This document shows, in pieces, positions 39,897 to 53,479 of a stretch of 64,000 bases of DNA (position 1 is the first letter of the stretch; each line of letters opens with the position of its first letter). Below the pieces are notes generated by a model. The model did not search any database, was not told the origin of the DNA, and was given only the letters and a program-made list of their open reading frames with translations. A program made the translations under genes and the position numbers. This stretch comes from Chara braunii (taxonomy: Eukaryota; Plantae; Charophyceae): the NCBI GenBank assembly GCA_003427395.1, contig BFEA01000010.1, forward strand, positions 994,032 through 1,058,031, written 5' to 3'.

Positions 39897-40011
39897 CCTC
39901 TCTCTCTCTGTTGTTTCCTCTCCCTCCCTCATTGATTTATTCTCTCCCTCCCTCTCTCTCTCTCTCTCAATCTCTCTCTCTCTGTTGTTTCCTCTCCCTC
40001 CCTCATTGATT

Positions 40012-40074
<63 letters not shown>

Positions 40075-41016
40075 GCTCCATCGTTTGCGCCCCAAGAGCC
40101 GCAGGAAGGGCGTTCAACAACGGCATCTCACGCACGCTTAGGTCATAAGCGCAGAGAAAAACAAACAAATAGAGCGAACGGGAAAGCGCGGAGAAGACGA
40201 CAATGAGACCAGAATGGAGACCGCAAAAGCATCCATCGAGGAAGGCAGGCTATCGTTGATTCATTGCAACGCCCCTGGCACGGTTGTGATAAATAGGAAA
40301 GAGTGATTGTATGAAGCAAACTGGGGATGGTTTGAGCAATCGGGCGGAGAGCAATTGTGCGGATCAGAATCGGCAAGTCCTAAGATAAAGTCCACGACGA
40401 GGGGGACGTAGAAGAAGACAGAGTCAACGCGAAGAGTTATAACCAGGATGCCTCGTTGTGTGAAAACGCAAATCCAGCCTCGACGATTACGTCGTGGCAC
40501 CCGATGAAATTAGAGACGTTCTCTCATTTTCTCTCCCCAAGCGCCCTTGACAAGATCCAACAACAGAGGCGATTGGATGGTCGACATCCAACACTTAGGC
40601 AATTGTTATTTTTTGAATTGCCATTACACGCGGCTACTGTGACACGAGAGACGAGAGATCGATGTTAAGCAACCCCAGGAGTCGGATCAGGACACCGAAT
40701 CCTCGGCGCGGAGCCCGCATGAGCATGACAATACATTGGTCTCGTTGTCAAACGTAAGGAAAAGAGAGTAAGAGGAGGGAATTGATGGAGAAAGGTAATA
40801 CTGTAAGAGGGGAGGGCCAGAGAGACACGCAAGGAAGGAAGAAAAGTAGAGAGCCAAGAGGTAGTCTAGGGAAAGTTTGAAGAGGATAAGGGGAACGAGA
40901 ACGAGAGGACGGGCAGATGTGTTGGAAGAGTGAGGATGGGAAGACAGGCAAGGGTGGATGGAAAAGTGAGGAGTCTGAGAACTCACCTGCGGGAAAATGA
41001 TACAGATGCGTGCGTG

Positions 41017-41091
<75 letters not shown>

Positions 41092-41389
41092 AACTCCGCG
41101 ATGCCGCGAAATAGCGTCAGCAGAAACAACAGCACGAGCAACTATAAGTATGCAGCCCTAGTATCATGATAGAGGCAAAACGAGAGATGCGAGATACGCG
41201 GAATAGAGGTATAGTAGGCCGTACGTTCAGTGTTAACTTCCGCGAGGATCGATCCATCCCCCCGACCCGCCATGGCGATAGAGAGAAAGCAGTCATAATT
41301 CTGCCTCGCGCGTTGGGCGTTCTCCTCAACGCGCGCACTCCCTCAACACGCGCACCTGTGTGTGTGTGTGTGTGCGTGTGTGTGTGTGT

Positions 41390-41439
<50 letters not shown>

Positions 41440-42114
41440 NNNNNNNNNNNNNNNNNNNNNNNNNNNNNNNNNNNNNNNNNNNNNNNNNNNNNNNNNNNNN
41501 NNNNNNNNNNNNNNNNNNNNNNNNNNNNNNNNNNNNNNNNNNNNNNNNNNNNNNNNNNNNNNNNNNNNNNNNNNNNNNNNNNNNNNNNNNNNNNNNNNNN
41601 NNNNNNNNNNNNNNNNNNNNNNNNNNNNNNNNNNNNNNNNNNNNNNNNNNNNNNNNNNNNNNNNNNNNNNNNNNNNNNNNNNNNNNNNNNNNNNNNNNNN
41701 NNNNNNNNNNNNNNNNNNNNNNNNNNNNNNNNNNNNNNNNNNNNNNNNNNNNNNNNNNNNNNNNNNNNNNNNNNNNNNNNNNNNNNNNNNNNNNNNNNNN
41801 NNNNNNNNNNNNNNNNNNNNNNNNNNNNNNNNNNNNNNNNNNNNNNNNNNNNNNNNNNNNNNNNNNNNNNNNNNNNNNNNNNNNNNNNNNNNNNNNNNNN
41901 NNNNNNNNNNNNNNNNNNNNNNNNNNNNNNNNNNNNNNNNNNNNNNNNNNNNNNNNNNNNNNNNNNNNNNNNNNNNNNNNNNNNNNNNNNNNNNNNNNNN
42001 NNNNNNNNNNNNNNNNNNNNNNNNNNNNNNNNNNNNNNNNNNNNNNNNNNNNNNNNNNNNNNNNNNNNNNNNNNNNNNNNNNNNNNNNNNNNNNNNNNNN
42101 NNNNNNNNNNNNNN
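41440..42114. other. Assembly gap between (TG)n and (GA)n microsatellites (other gaps at 34567-34950 and 39618-39747)
   Basis: Runs of N. Confidence 1.
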
Positions 42115-42203
<89 letters not shown>

Positions 42204-42650
42204 ACCCAAAGGATTGAGATGGCAAGCAGAATGTCGGGGCACAGATGTGTCTGAATCTGAATGGGGCGTTGAATGCGTCCACATTTAGACACATCTGTGG
42301 CACGCGTCGTTTCAGCTTTTTCCACCCCCGCCCCCACGCCCTTTCCTTTTTGAAATTCCTGCGCCAACCAGCTACCGGTCCAAAAGAAAATGCCACTAGC
42401 TGCCACTCGCCCCTATAGCCCCTAGAGTGAGTGACCTGCCTGCACGTGCGTGCATTTTTGGAGCCTTCCAACGACCAACCAACCAAAATGAACGACCGGT
42501 ATAACGACGACGACGAAAAATGTCTTCCAGAGGGGAAAACGCAACCCTGACGGGCTGCGAACTAGAAAAATCCAAACAGCAATTAGTGGAAGTCCTTCGA
42601 ATGCTCAGAACCCCTGGAAGTTCCCCACAAAAAACACTCTAAAATTCTCT

Positions 42651-44090
42651 AATACTGTCTTCCTCCCTGCCGAGCTCTTCCAAGCCTCATGCCCCCACCC
42701 TGCTAGGTTACAGGGCAACACGACTCACCCCAGCTCCGGCCAGCGTCGTCCCGACAGCAACCCTTGTTTTTTCCTTGGAATGCCCGGCCCAAAGCATCCC
42801 CAGATCTCTCTACCAGGCCTCACGCTCCTGCTATTAACAGGTTACAGGGCAATCCCCCAGCAACGGCCAGCGTCGTTCTGGCGTAAAAAAACCAATAGAT
42901 CCATGAGTAAATAGCATCAAGGAAGCCTAGACTGCTTTGCAAGAAGTACCCAGAGTCCTAAACAATTCTCAAGACTTCCTAAAATATCCAGAAACATCTC
43001 CTCGAAACTGGCAAAGAAACTAGGGCCAGATTAAGAATTTTTTGAGGTGACTATGACAAATTTCAGAAATCGACTCAGAGAAACCCCCCGTCAAACCTCT
43101 ACGCCTCCCTCCAGCAAGACTAACTGCAACAGAGCCACCATCTTTGCTGCTGTTGTGCCATACTCCCATCCTACCAGCTAGCCCCCTCACTGATAGGATG
43201 CGGGATATCCCCCCATTTTCTTCTCCCACCCACCCTATTATCTTCTTAAGGTACGTCAGAACACATTACAGTAAAAAAAAGCAGGAGAATAGGCCGCAGG
43301 GGTCCTGCAAATGATCCAAAAAACGTTGAAGCCCCTCACACTCCCTTCCGAAGTCTTCCAATACTGTCTTACTCCCTGCCGAGCTCTTCCAGGTCTCCCA
43401 CCCCCACATCTAGTTGGGTTACAGGGCAACACGACTCACCCCAGCTCCGACCAGCGTCAACCGACAGTAACCCTTGGATGTCCCGTGGAATGCCCACCCC
43501 AAAGCATCCCCAGATCTCTCTACCAGGCCTCATGCTCCCGCGTTGCAGGTTACAGGGCAACTCCCCTGCACCGACCAGCGTCGTTCTGGCATCAAACAAC
43601 CGCAAATCACTGAGTACAACAGCCTCGAAAAAACCTCAGGATGAGTTAGTAGGAATCTCAAAATCCTGAAGACCATCCAAGACTACCAAACGACCTAATC
43701 TTATTAAGATTTTCGCTATAAACTTTATGAGAATGGGGGGAGCGAAACTAAAACACCTACTATCCTAAAATCCCCCCTCAACAGACGAAGTGTCAGTCCA
43801 GGCTTTCAGTCTTCGTACCAGAACTCACTTGATCTCATGCCTCCTCTCTGCTAGGGTAACAGGGCACCACAACCCTCCCCAGTACCGACCAAACTCGTTC
43901 TGACGGTCAGGAAGTGCCTTCCTCCCTCGGCAGTTCCTGTAGCGGCAAGCCCCTAACCGGTTACAGGGTCAATACCCCGGTGCCAGCCTCGTTGGACGGT
44001 CTGGTTATGCGCTCAGCATAACTTCACAGGCCTCAAGCTCCCCCCCGGGTTACAGATCACAAACTCCAGCACCGGCCTGCGTCGTCCCAT
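42651..44090. repeat. ~230-bp direct repeat pair (42651-42882, 43360-43590) plus dispersed GGTTACAGGG...CCAGCGTCGTTCTG sub-repeats
   Basis: Shared blocks such as CTCCCTGCCGAGCTCTTCCA and CAAAGCATCCCCAGATCTCTCTACCAGGCCTCA; GGTTACAG-like motif occurs ~7 times. Confidence 0.8.
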
Positions 44091-45898
44091 CATCGTTCTT
44101 CTAACCTACTTACCCTGACCAACGACCCTCCTCTGTTGAGAACCCCTTCTGCCTTCCATCCCCAATCCCAGCTTCACACCCCTAAGAAATTCCTTCAGAA
44201 GCCTAAATGTGGAAAAGGTAATCAAAAACGAATTTCAGGAATCCTATCTGAACCATCTTTTAGGATTTTAGAATGAAAAAGAACGACAAATCTAGAAATT
44301 CAATTTAGAATTAGAATTATTTCACATGGAAAATGACTTCGAATGGAAATTGAAACCAAATGAATGAATCATCTGTGATGTCCAAAAGGACTTTCGATTC
44401 AGATCCCTAGAACCCCAAGGTCCCAAGAATCGTTCTGATGGTAAGTTGCGAAACAATCGTAGTTAAGAAAACAATTATACAGAGATAGACTCACAATTAT
44501 CTGAAATTGCGAATTACAGAAGCTCATAATTAACTCCGGATTAACTTAGGATCAACGAAGGACACCTATCTTGAGGACTTTCAGAAAAAAGAGGATTAGT
44601 TTCGAAACACACTTCAAGATCAGAGTCAGATGAACCCAAATGTCCAACGATTCCTAGGTATATGACTCTCCATCAGGACATTCATCATACAAAAACTACC
44701 AAGAAGAACAATCGAAGAGCCAATAGACTCAATCTATTGATAAGCATCTCACAAACCAGAGGTATCAACTTATAACCCACTGCTGACCACACGTGATTGA
44801 AATCTAAGACAACTCTAACTCTCCCTTCTTCCTCAACCACGGTCCCTCCACTTACCTCTTTCCCGTCAAACCCTACCCCTGCGCCTATGGGGAAGGAAAG
44901 GTTCACTTCCTCCCACTGTTAGTTCTAGGCTCAAAGCAATCACTAACACCAAAGGCATAAACGGCCACCATCGATTCCACAGAGAAAAGTCGACAGTGTG
45001 GCCCCCCTCGCCAAGCCCGTTGACGAGTTGCCACAAAAGGTTCAACCCACCCTAGTTATATACTTACCATGAACTTACCCTCAATTGAGGAAGAAGGAAA
45101 ACGTAGTCACCACTTAAAATCCTTTCAACCACGTTTAATCGCCACCACTGCTTCACTTGACCGCATACATATCGATGCCCCAAACTCGTTCTTCAATGGG
45201 ATGATACGCCCACAAGGGAGACAAGACCCCTCGATCTCATGGTGCGCTCGATAAGCTAGCAACAACACTCTCCCTCATGCACCCAGGCAGTCAGTGGCAC
45301 AAATAAAGGCAGCGTGAGCCAAAGCGGGCAATAAAGCAAAACGAGATAAACCAGCCCTCCTTTCCTTGTAGCAGAATAACTGACCCGACGCCGCTGAAGT
45401 TGTGATTGTAGAACACTGGAATTGAAAAGCAGCATCCTCGTCAGAAGAAGTCGACATGCTTCTGAGGTTCGTATGGCAGCGTGCAGCAAACCCGTTGATG
45501 TTAGCGTGCATCTCCTCACCAGCTCCCGCACGACCCAACATACCGCTGTGTGATCACTTCCAAGAACGTGTGCGGAGCACCCCAGAACGATGCTAAAAAG
45601 CACGCCCTCCCTACTCCCTCCTCGCTCATCCCAGACAAAAGGCAGCCAACACGCCAGCTTCCGCTTCCTTGCTCGCACTGGTCGTCACTATGTGCACACG
45701 CGCCATGCCTCTCCGTGTAAACGCGCCGAACCGTGCCCGCCTCGCCGTTCGGGTTGCATGACCTCCCTATGCCACCCCACCATCACCACTCCCTCACGCC
45801 GTTCGTCACTGTGCAAGAGCTCGCCGCTTCTTCCGGTGTGAATACGCGTTTTCGAAAACAGGGCTCCGACACGACGGGGCGCAGCGCTCCCGCTAGCG

Positions 45899-45959
45899 CT
45901 ACATACTTGATTGGGTCGATTGGGTCGATTGGATTGGATTGACCCAATCAAGTATGTAG
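45899..45959. repeat. 19-bp perfect inverted repeat
   Basis: CTACATACTTGATTGGGTC ... GACCCAATCAAGTATGTAG. Confidence 0.9.
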
Positions 45960-46371
45960 ATTTAGTGTATTGGAAATTTGCCACCACGCCCAGAAGCGAA
46001 AATGTAGCATGGGTGGACCGGTGCGCTTCCGCCGGCGCCGTAGTGTGCTCGGACCAAGCGTCGCTAACCGGTAACGGAGGTCTCCGGGGTCGAAGCGCTG
46101 TTAGCCCGATAGTTGCACGATAGGGGTGGCACCATGCATGATCCGCCATGTCGGAATGCCGTCGGCACGTTGGAGTAGGTGCAGGACGAGGTCGCCATCG
46201 CCTGGATCCGAGTTCCACATCGGAATGATAATGATATTGGTAAACACGGCTTAAGGAGCCTTTGCTCCCTCCGTCTACTAATTAGGGGAAGTTACGTACA
46301 AACCTTACATTGAAGGTGTAGGTTAGACTAGTCGAGTGGGAATTTTTTACCAACTCAGATTGGGGCGGCGA

Positions 46372-48505
46372 ATGGCCGCGGCAACTGATGTGGCGATGGG
46401 GAGGGAAGCCCGTTCCCCCCCCACCGTGCCAAATTTAACGGGAGAGGACCGCGATAGGTTGAGGGAGATGATCAGAATGTGTTACAAAGAAGGTGTTATT
46501 CCCCCCGATATTGACCCAGGGGAGATGCATATAGACGGGAGAGAAGTTCAATTCAAGGTGAAGCTTGAGATTGACCAGGAGAAGATTGCATGGTTGAAGG
46601 AGCACACTGTCACTATTATTTTTCGAGATGGCGCCAGATTTCTCCCACGAAGAGTCAAGGACGATATTGTTCGTGCTTATGAAGATGAGAGAACTTTGGA
46701 TGGAAGTTTCGAAGCTGAGGAGTTCAGAAGAGGCAGAGTGAAAGTGGAGAGCTCGAATGTTGTATTGTATATTGCGAAAACCAGTGCAATTGTCCAATGG
46801 TTGCTGATCAAGGGAGAGGACTTCCTCACATTGGGGTCATCCACCTACCATTTGGAGTACAAACCTTGGTTGACTGCTACTCAACTGAAGGAGCAAAGGA
46901 GAGAGGAGGATGAACACACGTTCTGGGTGATTGAGGTCCAAGTGCCTCTAGGAGCGATGCTCTTTCTAGATGCTCACATCAGCCGCGCTATCGGCCCGAT
47001 CATCAAGAGACATCCCACAGACCCAGACAGAATGAGACTATCCTTAGTCAACGTCAAATATGACCTAGATCCTTCATATCGACAACATATGAAGGATAAG
47101 ATCTCGATAGACACCTCAGTAGGAGATATGTTGGAGGTCAGACTGGCTTCAGCCCAAACGCCCAAGTGTAGAAGATGTCGTGCCTTCTTTCATATAGAGG
47201 AGGAGTGTCGAAGGAATGGACGCACAAGAGGCCAGGAGCAGCCCTTCAGTCAAGGTCCTCAAGCAAGCGGTCGTGGCTAGGAGGCTTCATCAAGACCGGT
47301 GTACTCAGCAATGATGGGACCTCCAGGGGTGGTCCCCATGCCCGCTGACGAAAGACAGACAGGACAACACGGATTCCAGCCATATGCCACGACGATGAAC
47401 CCTGTATTCTCCCCTCATGCTGGAGGTTTATGGACATCAGGAGATGTACCGATGGTTCGACACCCTGTGATGCCTCAAGCAACGTGGAACTGGGCCCAAC
47501 CCCAGTTCTGGAACCCATATGCTAATCAGTACGGCATGCCGCCGTTCTTTGGCCCAGGAGGACCGGGTCTTCCCGGAGGGCAGATGCAAGAGGTGCTTCG
47601 TACCCTCGATGCGCTGGCAGCCGCCAATAGGAGGGGGACCTCCAATGCAAGAGGAACCTATTGGACATGCTAATCAGGACTCCAGAGTAATCCGTACTCC
47701 CCGATCGGACGGCCAAGGAACATCTGCAGCTCCGACCCTACCAGGGATCATGCGATCTAGAGGAGGAACCTCAGGTAAGCAACGAAGATTGAGCTTTGAT
47801 GGGGATGTAGGCTTGGGAAACCACCTAAGCGAAGGAGAGAAATCGGATCGTTCGTTACCTGTTTTAGAAACGTCTTTAGACCAGCTTCGAGACGTGGGGA
47901 CACCTGGCAGTAAAACGACCAGGAACCGGACAGCTGTATCACTTGCTCTAGGGCAGATCCATAATTTAGATCGTCGAATCCTGCCGCTTTTCTATACAGT
48001 TGTCCGGAATGCACCATGGTTTATATCGTGGCTAGGAGCTGACGGTTCATTTTCTATCTTTAACCTCCCATCCCCAGAATCCCCCATGCCGTCGGCGATG
48101 TCTGCTCTGATCCGCCCATCGATTCAGGATAGATTTACTTTCCGTCTGATTCCTGGAATGATTATGCCCCGATTGTTGGTGGGTAGCCCCGAAGGAGGTG
48201 GGGAGAAGATCAAATTCTTTATTCCCATTGTGGATGCACGTTTTTTCCCAAGTTTACTTGAAAAGTTCGAGCGAGAGGGGCTACGTCTCCTCCCCCTGCA
48301 ATGGCTTACGGAGGGCAGAGGAGCTGAATTGTGCCGAATAAGGGTTCTACTCCTTATTTCGGCAGAATTCTTGTCGAAGTTGGATGGGAAACTCCCAACT
48401 GGGAAAAAACTCAATTCCATCTCCGTCCAGTCGTCACTCACTCGGTCGTGGCTGACGGGGCAATCTCAGCCCACTGCATCCGGGTCCTCCCAGGCCAGCC
48501 CCTAA
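46372..48505 (+). pseudogene. LINE ORF1 (stop at 47278-47280, frameshift near 47650)
   Basis: CRRCRAFFHIEEEC (CX2CX4HX4C); ORFs 46336-47280 and 47299-47673 share a frame and 47519-48505 continues it. Confidence 0.8.
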
Positions 48506-48537
48506 GTCCAAGTCTTAGGTGGGGTCCCACCCCCTAG

Positions 48538-50102
48538 ATGAATAAGATCTGTTTGGCCACCTGGAACCTACGAGGGATGGGAGACACATCCGGGAAGTTT
48601 AAGAAGGAACGTTTATAGTCATGGATTCATGACAAAAACGTACAGATTATGTGTCTACAGGAGACGAAACTCAGTGAGGAGAAAATATCTGCACTGGGTT
48701 CGTGGTGGGATGAACCACAAGTATTGTCCCCTGCCCAAGGTACACGGGGAGGAGTTGCTATCCTTATTCACTGCAATTTGGATTTTGAGTTGATTGATTT
48801 TTATGCAGATTTTTGGGGTAGGTGGGCCTGGGTAAAATTTACGTTAGGAGCGAGGGAATGGTTGGCAGTATCTATTTATGCACCCGCAGACAAATGCGAA
48901 CGGTATGAATTATTCCAGGAGATTTCATGTATCGTGCCACAGTCGGAGTATACTATACTCACCGGGGATTGGAAGACCTCCATCGATCTGGTTCCGTCTA
49001 CGTCGGTACATAACAGTCCCAACGACAAGATTGCGCTACTATTACTTATGGAAGAATTTAATCTGATTGACCCCTTTCGATTATCGAATCCTGATGACAA
49101 TGACTTTACCTGGTTTTCTAATAACCGTAGGGATACAAGGGTAACCAAACGTCGCCTCGATTTCTTCCTTACTTCAGCGGACCTCTGGGATAATTTAGCT
49201 CTGGTACAGGATGAGATGCATCCTATGTCTGACCACAATCCAGTGCACATTGCTTTCTACCTGGAAACCACTAATTGGGGAAGGGGCATTTTCCGCTTCA
49301 ACACCCAAAATTTGGAAGACCCAGGACTTGTAACATGGATGAAAAAGTTTTGGAAAGACTGGTCAGAGGCTCGCCCACTGTTTGAGTCGCCGGAAAGCTG
49401 GTGGAACATTTTTTTTTCTAATTCACTGAATGTTTATTCTCGGATTTTAGCAGAGGACAGGAAGAGAACGGAACAGCAAATAATAAAACGAATTAAGTAT
49501 GCTGAAAGAAGAATGCTGGACCATCTTGTGTCTAATGCTATTTGGGGAAAGGAGAGAGTCAGGCTAAGGTCTGAATGAGACTCCTTTCAAATGCAGCAGT
49601 CTGAAGTCTGGGCCGAACGGCTAAGGATTAAGAGAATTACTGTGTATGACAGGATGACCAAAGAGTCCTTTCGTAAATTGCTCCCTTGGAACACGTCGGT
49701 ATCAATGAGGGAGCTGTCTCACCCCTTTAATCCAGATGCTCCAAAGGCTCAGGATTTGAGAAAGCTGTGTTAGTACGTAGTCCTGTACTATCAGGATATC
49801 CTTACTTCACGTACCCACTGTCCGAACCAGATCACAGACCTGTCGACAGACAACGACCACTGGACTAACACGACAGTCAGACTCTCACCCTGTGGATTGC
49901 TGAATCTTGACCGCCCTATCTCACCAGAGGAGGCTTTAGAGGCTCTGAAGGACATGGCTAAAGGGAAATCTTCAGGGGAGGACGGTATCCCAATGGAGGT
50001 TTACCTTATTTTATGGGAAGAAATAGGAGATCAGTTAGTGGAGATATATAATAATATTCTGACAGGGTGCAAAGGGATTATCTCACTACTCTTCAAGAAG
50101 GG
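48538..50102 (+). pseudogene. LINE ORF2: APE endonuclease and RT N-terminus
   Basis: ATWNLRG, CLQETK, GGVAIL, SIYAP, TGDW, FTW, RRLDFF, SDHNPV, then KSSGEDGIP and GIISLLFKKG, where it breaks off. Confidence 0.92.
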
Positions 50103-50385
50103 ATCGGTCTCCAGAAAGCGAGCTACCAATACATACACTTTCTCCTCGCCCTTTGGTATAGCTAGGACAGTGTACCTTTCAATCTCATAGGGAAACGCTC
50201 CTCCCAAGGTGAAAGACTTTGAATCCCTTAGTAGGCGCGAAATGGTCGAAGAGTTTATATCTGGTAACTCTCCTCCCTCGGCTTTCTCCCAAGCGTGCTT
50301 GTTTCCTAAGAACTCACCATACTCTTCAGCCATAGCCAATTTCTCCCCATGGTCAGGAGAAGGATACCCTCGGGTGACAGTCGCT

Positions 50386-51414
50386 CTATGCCCCCAATCT
50401 TGGCCACTTTACTTCCCACATGTCAGCCTCGTCAGCGAAGAACTCTTCCTCAACCCAATCCTCCTCTTGAGGTTCCTCCTCGTCCTCGACAACTCCGGTA
50501 CCTCGATAGTACGACCTCAACTCGAAGAAACCTACGAGAGAACTCTCTCTGATTGAAGGATCGAGCCCCCGTCCGCTGAACAGTTCTGCCAGTCCAGCCA
50601 AATGGTTTGGCGGCTCTCGTATGCCCCTTTCGAGTGTGGACCAGAACTCAGTTGGCTGGTCCAGAGCGGGTGCCTGCCACGAGTTCCGGGGGGAAGCTGC
50701 CCTGATCAACTCTACTAATTCTAAGGCCGTGTTCCCAAACCTGGGTCCTTCCTTCCACAAAGCGTAATAGGCGTGATGTTCATCGCTACTATGTAAGAGG
50801 TTTTGGATCTCTTGGAAGCTCAAGTGTACCTGGATTAACCTATCAAGCCCCCCAAGGTGCGCCTCCAGGACAAACACTGGAACAGGAAGCCTCACGGCTT
50901 CTTCCGAATGCGGTAAAAACCCGTCCCTGGCTAGTTGAAGGGAAACTCTGATAGATCTAAACTCCCTGCCCACCTGACTCTCCTCTTCCTGGAGTCTTTC
51001 GACCTCCTCCTGCAGCACGTTCGCAACCGGTATCTTGTCCTCCCACGTGTGTCGATCGAGACTCGGTATTATCCCGATGTGCTGATCGCGTCGGCCCTGC
51101 TCTACTGCTCTACGGACGACGTCTGCTAGTACTATGGTTTGATAGTAAAGGAAGCCGTTTACTGACAACTCTACCGAGGTCGGAATCACCCTCCCTCTGC
51201 TATCCCGGTCAAATCCTGTATGAGATACTACCAACAGCCAAACCCCTGGCCTCAATAATATTGATCTCCAGGTCTTATCTGTCCTTCCTCCGTTAGGTAT
51301 CCGAGTCGATCTGCCTGGTAACGTGAACTCTATCCAGTCTTCGTCGATAAACTCAGGCTCTCTATACGTGAACTGTCTCAACGCCACTGGGTGCTCTATC
51401 TCGTAGCGAGGCAT
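50386..51414 (-). CDS. Orphan ORF, 342 aa, in a repeat-associated ORF cassette
   Basis: Long open frame with normal composition and an acidic C-terminus; no recognisable domain; ATG directly follows the stop of 51415-52116. Confidence 0.55.
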   Translation of the reverse strand: MPRYEIEHPVALRQFTYREPEFIDEDWIEFTLPGRSTRIPNGGRTDKTWRSILLRPGVWLLVVSHTGFDRDSRGRVIPTSVELSVNGFLYYQTIVLADVVRRAVEQGRRDQHIGIIPSLDRHTWEDKIPVANVLQEEVERLQEEESQVGREFRSIRVSLQLARDGFLPHSEEAVRLPVPVFVLEAHLGGLDRLIQVHLSFQEIQNLLHSSDEHHAYYALWKEGPRFGNTALELVELIRAASPRNSWQAPALDQPTEFWSTLERGIREPPNHLAGLAELFSGRGLDPSIRESSLVGFFELRSYYRGTGVVEDEEEPQEEDWVEEEFFADEADMWEVKWPRLGA

Positions 51415-52116
51415 CTATACCTTTGCGGAACTCTCGTCTAAGATCCTTGCCCTGTCTATCTCACCCGAAACGGCCCCTCGACGGAGTTCAGCCCTAATTC
51501 TAAAGAAGACCTGTCTCAACTCCTTACTATTGGGCACTGCCCTATCCAGACAGTAAGTCATTAGCCACGCTAGCTCGGCTGTTGAGGGTCTAAATTGAAC
51601 AGCCTTCCTGAGCACCCTCACCAACCTCCAATGATGCTCAACTCTCCCATAGACCAGACCTGTCAGGAACCTGGGTACAGTTGTTGGGCCAGCGACAGTC
51701 ACTCTAGGACGCTCCCAATCGTAAGCGTAGCGGACCGCGTACCGAGCTACGGTGTCCGATCCTGCCGAAAAGTCCCGAAATATCCTAGATCCGTACCTGT
51801 GGCTGAGGGACAATAAACAGAGGAATGCACGACCGCCCTTTGGAGCGTCTATCACTAGGAACTTCCACTCATCTAAAGACAAATAAACTCTAATGTTCAC
51901 CTCGGCGACAAGCGACTCACTCTCTCTGTCCCTCCTCACACAGGACCTAGGTTGACACTCGACCCTTGCCCACACGAAAACTCCTTCCCTGACCACAAAT
52001 CCTGGCTTTGTTGTGGGTCTATACTTACTTCTCCCTTCCAGCGGTAGGTTCACGACATCGTACTGACCCACCTCTTGTCTAAGACGAATCTGAGTGTCCG
52101 ATTCGATAAACACCAT
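51415..52116 (-). CDS. Orphan ORF, 233 aa
   Basis: ATG in AAAATGG context; open frame; unknown function. Confidence 0.55.
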   Translation of the reverse strand: MVFIESDTQIRLRQEVGQYDVVNLPLEGRSKYRPTTKPGFVVREGVFVWARVECQPRSCVRRDRESESLVAEVNIRVYLSLDEWKFLVIDAPKGGRAFLCLLSLSHRYGSRIFRDFSAGSDTVARYAVRYAYDWERPRVTVAGPTTVPRFLTGLVYGRVEHHWRLVRVLRKAVQFRPSTAELAWLMTYCLDRAVPNSKELRQVFFRIRAELRRGAVSGEIDRARILDESSAKV

Positions 52117-53479
52117 TTTTAATCAAGTATCAATAGTTCTCTCACTTGCCCGTTTCCCGTGTTTTACTCTCAGACTGTTGAGCTCACAGACCCCCACGAC
52201 AAGCCCCCACCGATCGCTCCTATATTCCCCCAAGACGTCAACAGATCTAGGAAAGAATCGCCCTCTGCCGTATCTCTCCCTACCCTCATGTCAAGAAGGA
52301 GGATTGATCAGCGTACCATCGTCGCTGGCATACCACCTACGTCGCGACCTGGACAGAGCTGGCCAACACATGTGTCCTAGGGTGGACCGAAGTCACACGC
52401 GGCGAAGGGGCGGTGTCTCACTCGTGCATCCTCACGCTCCTATCCATGCCTCTACTCGACCCACCTCATGCATGGTCTCTCATCCCGACTCGTGCAGTGA
52501 ATCAATCCCCCCTGCTATCCATCATGATCAGCTAGCCTATCTAGTCCCTGCCCAACTCCTTGCAATCCGGGGCGCTTCTCCCCTCCCCTTCAATCCCTCT
52601 AGATCATCCCCTGCTCACGATTCTCTCTTTTGGAGTCAATATCAGGGTAGATTGACCAAAGGGTAGGGAAATCAGAATAACCCCTCTCAATCACAAGGAA
52701 TACCAGAGAGGAAATACACGGAAAATCGAGAAAATGTATGAATCGGCAAAATCACGAAATGCAGAAATCGAAATCTCACCGGAGAACGTCGATCATGGGT
52801 CGGTGGAGTGTCGTCTGCCCGCTCGCGTCCGTGCTGCCCAATGTCTCGCCTGCACATTCCGATCACTGGTTGACTGATTGCCCCTCCTTGTCCGCTCTGT
52901 TCCAGTCACATCCCTGTCTTGATCCTCTCACATTCCCGCGGTTACAGGCGGACCGAAGTCCCGAGAGGCAGCCTTCCCCGGCAACGGCGCCACTGTCGAC
53001 AGATAGAAGGGGTCTGCCGGCACGCCGTCCGAACCCTATTCCTCACGCCTCGTCTGTCACCCGCGGTAGAGCTGGTCGGGGGTCCTGTAACCTGCACAAA
53101 ACACGTCAGTCCACATCCACGAAAAACAAGGATCATAACAGACTGAGACGAATGTCCGATGAACTCATGAAACACTGTTTGGAAGGAATAAATAAAGTGG
53201 TTCCATTCAGTCCAAAATGATGGGGTGTGATACACTAGTCCCAGCCTCCGCCGTACATCTCGCTCCTATGTCTGAAAAATTTGTCTGAGTGCCCACAGAT
53301 CTGGTCATCAACCGTGGTCTAATCCTCCTCCCGACTGGGTGACGTCTGTATCGCGCCCGTTGATCCCAGAAAACCGTACTGGAGCTCTCCGTGTCAGATG
53401 TTGCCTCCCTTGCCCATCGGGGCCAGAGCTCGAGGTCTACTGTGACCATACCTCCGCGCGGTCGCCTTGCCCGGAGTAC

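Larger units (their letters stand above)
46336..50102 (+). mobile_element. L1/Tx1-clade LINE, degenerate, 3'-truncated at the start of RT
   Basis: ORF1 with a CCHC knuckle, followed by ORF2 with an APE endonuclease and the start of RT. Confidence 0.92.

Noticed and set aside
41117-42486. Long ORFs in the track (also 34431-35373 and 39291-40206)
   Set aside because: Artefacts of N gaps and dinucleotide repeats.
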